Source: a virus (taxonomy: Duplodnaviria > Caudoviricetes). Taken from it: a DNA stretch of 47,026 nt. The first letter of the stretch is position 1. Every line of letters starts with the position of its first letter. The stretch spans positions 1-47,026 of IMG/VR virus record IMGVR_UViG_3300017747_003292; one strand, given 5' to 3'. Below, in pieces: positions 28,791 to 36,495 of this stretch. The notes under the pieces are model-generated. The model had not been told where the DNA came from. It saw only the letters and a list, made by a program, of their open reading frames with translations, and searched no databases. Both the position numbers and the translations under genes were made by a program.

Positions 28791-29177
28791 ATGAGCAAAC
28801 ACCGCGATGACTCCTTTGGTCGCAGCGACCGCTACGCCAATCCACTTGACGGCCTTCACAAACTCTCCGGCCACAAACAAGAGGCACACCATAAACTTGT
28901 GAGTGGCATCATCAAAGAGATGAACTTCAAAGAGGACGAAATCAACGACATCACCCGCCTGCACATGGAAGCAATCCAACGGGTGAAGATCATCCGCCAA
29001 TATGCACAGGCTGTGCGGCAGGGTGAATTCGAGAGTGGCACCGAACACAATGTGGAACGCATGATTGCGGACCTCACACCACGGTTCCTCGATGCCTTCC
29101 ATCACTATGACAAGGACCAATTGCTCAATATTCTCTCCCTCATGCTGGTGGAAGTCACCATGAAGGAAGTATCCTAA
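28791..29177 (+). CDS. Hypothetical protein
   Basis: 128-aa helical ORF in the operon. Confidence 0.65.
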   Translation: MSKHRDDSFGRSDRYANPLDGLHKLSGHKQEAHHKLVSGIIKEMNFKEDEINDITRLHMEAIQRVKIIRQYAQAVRQGEFESGTEHNVERMIADLTPRFLDAFHHYDKDQLLNILSLMLVEVTMKEVS

Positions 29178-29256
29178 CCAATTTCCCACCTCCGGTGGAA
29201 AACGTCGGAGAACGAACTCCCACAAACCAAAACAGAAACAAACAAACACAAATAGT

Positions 29257-29727
29257 ATGACAAACGAACTCGATCCCCTCGCAATGCCCGCTGGTGAACT
29301 CAAAGAACCCTCCTTCCCGGTCCTCCGTGAAGGCATCAAGACCATGGTGATTCGTGGCCTTGAAGAAAAGAGTGGTGAAAGCAAGACCGACGGCAAGCCC
29401 TACAAGCAGCTGTCCATCACCCTTGCCACCACCAAGGACGACATGTCGGATGAAAACCAACCCCTCAGTGCCGGCTTTGCGTTCAATGCCAGCATCTTCC
29501 TCACACCGAATGAGCGGAACAGCGCAACCCAAATTGCCGAACAAGCCGCCATGCCGGTGAAGGCTGCACTTGGTCGCACCACCAAGACCACCATGCGTGA
29601 ATGCGTGCAGAACCCATCCTTGCTTGTTGGCAAGGTGGTGGACGTAAAGATCGGTATCCGCAAAGCCAAGGAAGGTAGCGGATATGGTGACAGCAACGTA
29701 GTGAAAAGCTGGATCATCCCGGCCTAA
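29257..29727 (+). CDS. DUF669-like ssDNA-binding protein
   Basis: FPVLREG..IRGLEEK..GKPYKQL..LVGKVVDVKI..YGDSNVVK OB-fold-like pattern; context downstream of a Sak4-like ATPase. Confidence 0.6.
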   Translation: MTNELDPLAMPAGELKEPSFPVLREGIKTMVIRGLEEKSGESKTDGKPYKQLSITLATTKDDMSDENQPLSAGFAFNASIFLTPNERNSATQIAEQAAMPVKAALGRTTKTTMRECVQNPSLLVGKVVDVKIGIRKAKEGSGYGDSNVVKSWIIPA

Positions 29728-29850
29728 GAGATGGTGAGAGTGGGGCGCGCATACTTATCACGCGCAATTGCATCTTCTATTTTAAGCCTTCCTAAAATTC
29801 ATCCTTAATTTGATATTGCCAAGCCTTTAAAATGCCCTAAATTGGCATCT

Positions 29851-30261
29851 ATGAGCAATCTAAAGCAAAGCATGAAGGCAATCGAGATCCAAGCCATGCG
29901 GCAAGCTATCGTATATGGATGGTATCGTCAGCCCAATTACTTATACATAGGTAAATCTAACGTGGGCATATGCCGAATACTAGCGCATGATAAAATAGGA
30001 GTTGTCGAACCGTTACTAGAAGAAGATGAAATACATATCTTTACCGTTGATAAGGACATTAGCTTAACTGAAGTTGAGCTGATACAAAAATACAAACCAA
30101 AATACAATTTTACTTATACTCATAAAGAACCTATGGAAGTCAACTGCATTAAATGTGGTAATAAATTTTGGCAGAATCGAGCATGGCAAAAATACTGTAG
30201 TCGTCAATGCTCGGGTTCAAAGTCGCACTATTCTTCACGTGCTTTTCAGCATATTAAGTAA
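29851..30261 (+). CDS. GIY-YIG endonuclease with C-terminal zinc ribbon
   Basis: IVYGW..YLYIGKS..R..H..E.ELIQKYKPKYN, then CIKCG..YCSRQC. AT-rich relative to its flanks. Confidence 0.82.
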   Translation: MSNLKQSMKAIEIQAMRQAIVYGWYRQPNYLYIGKSNVGICRILAHDKIGVVEPLLEEDEIHIFTVDKDISLTEVELIQKYKPKYNFTYTHKEPMEVNCIKCGNKFWQNRAWQKYCSRQCSGSKSHYSSRAFQHIK

Positions 30262-30280
30262 CCAATTTCCCAAACATAAG

Positions 30281-31813
30281 ATGAACCCCACAACCTTACC
30301 AATAAATGAAATCCAATCCATCGACCGACAACGTCTTGACCTTGGTGATATACAAGGTCTGGCAGAAAGCATTCGTCAGTTCGGACTCTTGCAGCCCGTG
30401 GTCATCACTAAAGACCGGCGACTCATTGCAGGTGGTCGACGTCTCGCGGCGCATCAATTCCTCGGGAAGACTCATATCGAGGTTGTCTTTCGCGAAGACA
30501 TGCCACAAGACATGCTCCACATCCTCGAACTTGAAGAGAACATCAGACGGAAGGACGAAAGCTGGCAGGAACGCTGCCTCCACATCACCACTATCCATCG
30601 GCTCAAACAAAAAGCCAACGCCCTCGAAGGCACCACATGGACCCAGCGTGCTACCGCGGAACTACTCGGAGTGGACTCAGTCCGAGAAGTCAATCACGCG
30701 GTCCAAATGGCACAAAGACTAGAAGCGGAGCTTGATGAGAACAAACAACCAAAGCCCGATGCAAGGTTCTGGAACTGTGAAAGCATCTCCGAAGCATTTC
30801 GACTCTTGTTCCGTGACGAAGCAGACCGTGCAATGGCTGACCTCGCACGCCGTCAGGCAGAACGCACGGCCTCCATCACCCAGATCGAAGTTGAAGAGGA
30901 CCTTGTAGGTCTCGACCCATTTGACGACGCTCCATCCTTACCTCAATCAACTGTCACCGCAGTTTACGAAGACGTCGCTAAGGCACAAGCCAAACTACGT
31001 TATGACTCCAATCCTATCAATCCACCAGATGGGTTTGAGGAATTTTGGAAACACCGTCAAGCCATGCTGAATGATAGACAAAACTCTATCTACATCTCCA
31101 AACAACTAATCAACACCGACTGCATCACTTACATGCGGGAAAATCCCGGTCGCTTCGACCACGTCATCACCGACATCCCATATGCAATCGACATGGATAT
31201 GATCTCCCAATCCCAGAACACCTTCCGGGACATAGACACAGTCGAGGAACTCCACGACGTATCCTACAACATGCAGTTGATCGCCGACTTCTTCCCAGCC
31301 GCATTCTCCACCATCAAGGAGAAGGGTTTCTGCATTACATGGTGTGACCAAATGCTCTGGCAATACATGTATGACCATGCAGTGAAAGCGGGTTTCGCTG
31401 TGCAACGCTGGCCCATCGTTTGGCACAAGAACAACGCAATGAATTCTTGTGTGGCCTACAACACCACCAAGAACACGGAGATTGCAATTGTTTGTAGAAA
31501 GAAAGGCACCGTGCTGGTGAACCAACCCAACACCTCTGTGATCCAAACCGGCAAAGACGATCTCTGTAACTCCCTCGATCACCCATTCGCCAAACCATTC
31601 GCCATCTGGAAATTCCTTGTGGAGATGGCTACCCTCGAAGGGCAATCCATTCTCGAACCTTTTGCTGGTCGTGGCTCTGGTGTAATCTCTATGCTAAAAC
31701 TCAACCGCGCAGTGATTGGAACTGAGCTGGACACCAACCACTACAATGCCCTGTTGGAAAACGTCAAACAACTCCACTACCTCCCACTCAACCCAAACTA
31801 CAAGTTCCACTAA
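30281..31813 (+). CDS. ParB (CTPase + HTH)-DNA N6A/N4C methyltransferase fusion, 510 aa
   Basis: ParB motifs: LAESIRQFGLLQPVVI, IAGGRRL, ELEENIRRKD and HTH WTQRATAELLG. Beta-class MTase motifs: VITDIPY, HPFAKP, LEPFAGRGS, IGTELD. Likely start ATG 30281. Confidence 0.9.
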   Translation: MNPTTLPINEIQSIDRQRLDLGDIQGLAESIRQFGLLQPVVITKDRRLIAGGRRLAAHQFLGKTHIEVVFREDMPQDMLHILELEENIRRKDESWQERCLHITTIHRLKQKANALEGTTWTQRATAELLGVDSVREVNHAVQMAQRLEAELDENKQPKPDARFWNCESISEAFRLLFRDEADRAMADLARRQAERTASITQIEVEEDLVGLDPFDDAPSLPQSTVTAVYEDVAKAQAKLRYDSNPINPPDGFEEFWKHRQAMLNDRQNSIYISKQLINTDCITYMRENPGRFDHVITDIPYAIDMDMISQSQNTFRDIDTVEELHDVSYNMQLIADFFPAAFSTIKEKGFCITWCDQMLWQYMYDHAVKAGFAVQRWPIVWHKNNAMNSCVAYNTTKNTEIAIVCRKKGTVLVNQPNTSVIQTGKDDLCNSLDHPFAKPFAIWKFLVEMATLEGQSILEPFAGRGSGVISMLKLNRAVIGTELDTNHYNALLENVKQLHYLPLNPNYKFH

Positions 31814-31819
31814 CGGTCT

Positions 31820-31836
31820 TGTTTCAATCTGAAACA
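31820..31836. repeat. parS-like palindrome copy 7
   Basis: TGTTTCA-ATC-TGAAACA, 6 bp after the ParB-MTase stop. Confidence 0.9.
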
Positions 31837-31847
31837 CGCCCATCACC

Positions 31848-32036
31848 ATGTCCTCCACAATCCACATCCCACACTCAGGCGACCTCTACGAAATCCGGCA
31901 CGAAGGAACCCTTCTCACGTCGATTCGTAAATGGTATTCTGGTGGCCAGATTGTAAAGGACATAACGTTCCAAACTCTCCCACCTGAAGTGCAACGCCAA
32001 CTAATCGAAACCATAAAACGAAAGCGATCCAAATGA
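31848..32036 (+). CDS. Hypothetical protein
   Basis: 62-aa ORF coupled to the next gene. Confidence 0.55.
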   Translation: MSSTIHIPHSGDLYEIRHEGTLLTSIRKWYSGGQIVKDITFQTLPPEVQRQLIETIKRKRSK

Positions 32037-32362
32037 ACTTTAACACCACCAACTGGTCCACCTTCACCCGTCCTGATGGTCTCTGCAATCTACTCAACGC
32101 ACACGGAACTGTGCTCGCCACCTTCCGCGACTGGCAGCTTGCAGAATACGTGGCCAATCTCACCCAAGAGGTCGAGAAGAACACGGAGATTATCTCGAAA
32201 CTTGAAGACCGGGTAGCAGAACTTGAAGAGGAAGTTAGTGTTTCTGAACAAGACTACAAAGACACTAAGGAACAAGGTGAACAGAACCACCGCACCATCC
32301 TCGATCTCGAAAAAGAAATCGACGACCTCAAAGTCAAGCTCTTCAACCTTTCCCGCGCATGA
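32033..32362 (+). CDS. Coiled-coil hypothetical protein
   Basis: 109 aa with ATGA overlaps on both sides. Confidence 0.65.
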   Translation: MNFNTTNWSTFTRPDGLCNLLNAHGTVLATFRDWQLAEYVANLTQEVEKNTEIISKLEDRVAELEEEVSVSEQDYKDTKEQGEQNHRTILDLEKEIDDLKVKLFNLSRA

Positions 32363-35058
32363 GTAACTTTGATGACTTCGACCTCGAAGAAACCATCTCC
32401 GAGAAGGTGGTTCATTCCACCGTCCCAAACCAATTCCCATCAATTCCACCCACCACCTATCGTCTCGCCATCATAGGTGATTTTCCACACGCAGATGACG
32501 TTCACCAACAGAAACCCTTTGTTGGAATGGCAGGACAATTCCTATCCAACATCCTCTCTTCACTCTCCATCCTCCGTGCCTGTTGCTATCTCGGCAACGT
32601 CCACCAAACCCCTCGAACCAAGTTCGACAAAACCCCACCCACCACTGATGAACTCACCAAGCTCCACGAAGACCTCGCCATCTTCAAACCTAATCTGTGC
32701 CTGCTCCTCGGTCGCACACCTCTCATACTTGCAAAAGCAACTAAGGACCTTGACGCTTGGAGAGGTTCAATGTTTGTCTCCGAAACTCCGGGACCTTTTG
32801 CTGGCTATAAGTGCCTTGCCTCTTACCACCCAAGAGAATGTCTACGCAACTACGACTGGACTCCACTCCTCACCATGGACCTCAGGCGCGCAGCAGTCGA
32901 AGCAAGGACTCCCACTCTCATACTCCCCGACCGTGCTCTAATCACCAACCTCCCCTTCCCCACCCTTCTCCATGAACTTACCCAAATTCAACTCACCAAA
33001 CCCACTATTGCTTGCGATATCGAGGGTGGAATCAACACTCTTTCATGCATTAGTATCGCTACTTCTCCGCAGCACTCTTTCCTTATTCCGTTTACACGAT
33101 TGGATGGAACACCATACTGGGATCAGTTCGAGGAGGGAAGACTTTGGAAAGAGCTTGCTAGTATTTTATCAGACCCAAGCATCACCAAAATCTGGCAGAA
33201 CGGTTTGTATGACCGTTTCGTTCTCCAATACTCCTATGCGATAGTGGTCCGTAACTCCGAGGACATCATGCTTGCGTGGTGGGAACTCTACTGTGAGCTT
33301 AAGAAATCCCTTGGCTTCCAGTGCTCCATCCTCACCTCCGAACCCTTCTACAAATCCGACCGCAAGACCACTGACCAAGACACCTTCTACAAATATTGCT
33401 GCCGTGACTCTGCGGTTACATTCGAAATCCACTCCAAACTAAAAGCCCTTCTACAACCAAAACAACATGCCCATTACTTATTTAACAATACTGCCCTCAA
33501 CTTCCTCCTCTACGCCGAACTACGCGGTATCCGTTACAATCAACCTCTCGCTAATGAAAGGCTCCAAGACGTTGAAAAACAAATTTCTGGTTTACAAAAC
33601 TCCCTCGACTCCATCGCTGCCGACATGGGGGCACTTCGACGACTTAGTTTTAACTGCTCAAATCAGGATGTGCTTAGACAAGTTAACGAAATCTGCTGCT
33701 ATAAAAAGAACCAAGCGCAACCCAAAAAAGAGTTTGAAGAAGCGGGTTACTTCCAAATCAGAGATCGTCTACAACAAGAAACACCGCTCACCCCAGACGA
33801 GCAAGGTGAAATCTCAATCCTCTGTGGGTTGATCATGAACAGCAAGAGCACCAAGTTTAAGGACTTCCTCTATGATACTTGCGGCCTCCCAGTGCAATAC
33901 AAAAAGGACCCAGTCACCCGGGAACTCCGTCCCACAACCGACTACGAGTCCCTGCTCCGACTCACCAAATCCCACTCCCATCCGGTTCTTGGCCTTGCTC
34001 TTGACCTGTCTCGCCTTCGCACCCGTGCACAGATGCTGGCGATACGTTCCATCAATGGACGTATGCACTGTTCTTACAATCTTGTTGGCACAGAAACGGG
34101 TAGAATAACTTCCTCCAAAAGTATCCTCCCATCTTATGGCAAGAAACGAGTAGGGGCCAACCTACAAACCGTTCCGGATGACTGGGACGTAGCCGACCCC
34201 GACTCCCCCCTTGCACAAGGTATGAGGGACCTCTTCCTCGCCGACGAAGGTTGCTACATCGGCAAAGCCGACCTCAAAGGTGCAGATGGTTGGACCATCG
34301 GTGCATACATGGCATCCATCGGAGACCGCACCATGCTTGACGACCTCCTCTATGGAATTAAACCTGCACAAGTAGTCGCCTACATCCTCATGCACGGAGA
34401 AGCGAAATACTCCCAATTCGCCAAGGACCGCGTTGCTCTACTCGACGCTGTTCAATGTGTAAAAAAAGACATGTGGCAATACTTCGTTTCCAAGGTCGGC
34501 ATCTGGGGTTATTTCTACACCATGGGACCAAAGTCCCTTGCCATGAACGTCTTCATCCAATCCGAGGGTGCAACTGTTCTCTCTGAGAAAGACGCTCGTG
34601 AATTCCAACGCTGTATTGGTGTCCGCTATAACGCCCACCGCTTGCACAAATACTTCGAGGATCAAATCGCCCGTCACCCCTACCCATTCAAACTCGAATG
34701 TCCCAATGGTATGACTCGTAGATTTTTTGGACGGAAAAAGGAAATCCTCGGTGAGGTTCTAGCCCATGTCCCACAGGTCGTAACAACCCACGCCACTGTG
34801 ATGGCCGCAACAAATCTTTGGATGGATGTTGACAATCGCCGCACCGATGGTAGCTTACGTGTTGAAATTCTACACCAAGTCCACGACGAACTCGTTATGC
34901 AATGGCGTATTGAAGACACAGAATGGGCAAAGGAGAAAGTTAAACAATGGTTCAACAACCCTATGAAGATAGTCAATCAAACAATAACCATTCCCTACGA
35001 CGGTGCCTATGGCACAGCATGGTCAATGGACTCTAACCACAAAATCGGAACGCTATGA
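32359..35058 (+). CDS. polA: Family A DNA polymerase with N-terminal uracil-DNA-glycosylase-like (family 4) domain
   Basis: UDG-like: IIGDFP..KPFVGMAG..SYHP. 3'-5' exonuclease: CDIEG, QNGLYD, YCCRD. Polymerase: TETGRITSS, NLQTVP, ADLKGAD, K..IWG..Y.MG, QVHDEL. Confidence 0.93.
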   Translation: MSNFDDFDLEETISEKVVHSTVPNQFPSIPPTTYRLAIIGDFPHADDVHQQKPFVGMAGQFLSNILSSLSILRACCYLGNVHQTPRTKFDKTPPTTDELTKLHEDLAIFKPNLCLLLGRTPLILAKATKDLDAWRGSMFVSETPGPFAGYKCLASYHPRECLRNYDWTPLLTMDLRRAAVEARTPTLILPDRALITNLPFPTLLHELTQIQLTKPTIACDIEGGINTLSCISIATSPQHSFLIPFTRLDGTPYWDQFEEGRLWKELASILSDPSITKIWQNGLYDRFVLQYSYAIVVRNSEDIMLAWWELYCELKKSLGFQCSILTSEPFYKSDRKTTDQDTFYKYCCRDSAVTFEIHSKLKALLQPKQHAHYLFNNTALNFLLYAELRGIRYNQPLANERLQDVEKQISGLQNSLDSIAADMGALRRLSFNCSNQDVLRQVNEICCYKKNQAQPKKEFEEAGYFQIRDRLQQETPLTPDEQGEISILCGLIMNSKSTKFKDFLYDTCGLPVQYKKDPVTRELRPTTDYESLLRLTKSHSHPVLGLALDLSRLRTRAQMLAIRSINGRMHCSYNLVGTETGRITSSKSILPSYGKKRVGANLQTVPDDWDVADPDSPLAQGMRDLFLADEGCYIGKADLKGADGWTIGAYMASIGDRTMLDDLLYGIKPAQVVAYILMHGEAKYSQFAKDRVALLDAVQCVKKDMWQYFVSKVGIWGYFYTMGPKSLAMNVFIQSEGATVLSEKDAREFQRCIGVRYNAHRLHKYFEDQIARHPYPFKLECPNGMTRRFFGRKKEILGEVLAHVPQVVTTHATVMAATNLWMDVDNRRTDGSLRVEILHQVHDELVMQWRIEDTEWAKEKVKQWFNNPMKIVNQTITIPYDGAYGTAWSMDSNHKIGTL

Positions 35059-35234
35059 CCACCGCCACTCTAACCCTCGGCCCCCTTACCCAACCCAATG
35101 GCACCATCCGTGTGACCATAGTCTCCAAATGGCCATCACCCCCCGAAGACTTCTACCTCGTCACTGATGATAGTGGCAAAGTCTACCGTGCCCATTCCTC
35201 CCAACTCTCCGACTACAAAAAGACTGACGTCTAA
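35055..35234 (+). CDS. Small hypothetical protein (59 aa)
   Basis: MTTATLTLG...TDV*; exactly fills the gap, with ATGA and TAATG overlaps. Confidence 0.55.
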   Translation: MTTATLTLGPLTQPNGTIRVTIVSKWPSPPEDFYLVTDDSGKVYRAHSSQLSDYKKTDV

Positions 35235-36445
35235 TGGACTTCATCTCCCAATACCTAATAGCGAACTCTGGCACCGCTGTGCCTCAACGCTACACCATGT
35301 GGTCTGCCCTATCAATCCTTGGCATGACCATTGGTCGCAAAGCCTACGTAAACCACGCCCACTACATCCTCTATCCCGGTATATATATCTGCCTCGTAGG
35401 TATCCCCGCCAGTCGTAAATCCACAGCGATGAACGCAGCCCGTTCGATGTTCGACTCCACCTTCCCGGACTACCCCACTGGTGTCTCTGTAACTTCTCGG
35501 GAGGACATCATCAAATTCATGTCCTCCGAAGCCTGCCTCAAAACCTACACCGACGAGAATGGCGAAGTGGTGGAATGGCGTCCCCTCGCAAACTTCATCA
35601 ACGAACTAACCAACTTCCTCTCCTTCAACCCAAAGGGAATGATTGAATTCCTAACCGATGCCTATGACACCAAACACTTCACCTCGTCCACCATCAAACG
35701 AGGTAAGGAATTTATCCTTCATCCTTATGTTAGCATTCTGGCATGCACTACTCCAGACAACATCATCACCTACCTTAAAGCAGATATCATGGGTGGTGGT
35801 TTTTCTCGCCGCATCATATTTGTCTATGAAACTAATCTTCCCAAGAAAATAACCTTCCCATTCAAATCCCCCGAAGCGTTCACTGCCGAGCAATGGTGCA
35901 AAGATCATCTCCTAAAGATTTCGACTCTTGCTGGCCCCTTCAAATGGACCCAGAACTCTCGCACCATCCTTGACCAATGGTATACCTCCATCCCCACCTC
36001 CACCGACCCTGTCCTCTCTGGCTACTATGAATCCAAGGACGTGATCGTGCAGAAACTCGCCATGTGTTTGGCAATGGCACAACCAGAACCAAGACTGGAA
36101 TTCAACGATGACAACATCCAAACCGCCATCGCCTTCCTTGAATCCAACGAAGACAACCTCCCCCGCCTCACTGTCGCTGTGGGCCGCAACGAACTAGCTG
36201 TCCCCCAATCCAAACTCCTCCAAGCCCTCTACGACAAAGGCGGGATGATGCCCGAAAAGATGTTCCACCGCATGGCAGCTCAAGACATGCAGGAGCAAGA
36301 ATACAACTCCACCAAAATCCTCTTCAAAACCACTGATCAAATCCACGAACACTCCCTTGACATCGACGGTCAACGTGAGACCATGATCCTCAACCACGAA
36401 AAATTCCTCCAACTCGTGAAAGATGGAGGAATCCTAGTCAAATAG
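35234..36445 (+). CDS. DUF3987-like P-loop ATPase, putative replicative helicase
   Basis: YICLVGIPASRKSTAM, INEL, FLTDAYD, ILACTTP and GGGFSRRIIFVY; follows polA. Confidence 0.75.
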   Translation: MDFISQYLIANSGTAVPQRYTMWSALSILGMTIGRKAYVNHAHYILYPGIYICLVGIPASRKSTAMNAARSMFDSTFPDYPTGVSVTSREDIIKFMSSEACLKTYTDENGEVVEWRPLANFINELTNFLSFNPKGMIEFLTDAYDTKHFTSSTIKRGKEFILHPYVSILACTTPDNIITYLKADIMGGGFSRRIIFVYETNLPKKITFPFKSPEAFTAEQWCKDHLLKISTLAGPFKWTQNSRTILDQWYTSIPTSTDPVLSGYYESKDVIVQKLAMCLAMAQPEPRLEFNDDNIQTAIAFLESNEDNLPRLTVAVGRNELAVPQSKLLQALYDKGGMMPEKMFHRMAAQDMQEQEYNSTKILFKTTDQIHEHSLDIDGQRETMILNHEKFLQLVKDGGILVK

Positions 36446-36446
36446 C

Positions 36447-36463
36447 TGTTTCAATTTGAAACA
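36447..36463. repeat. parS-like palindrome copy 8
   Basis: TGTTTCA-ATT-TGAAACA, between the convergent arms. Confidence 0.9.
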
Positions 36464-36495
36464 AAACTATATGAGCAAACTAATATCCATAAGTA

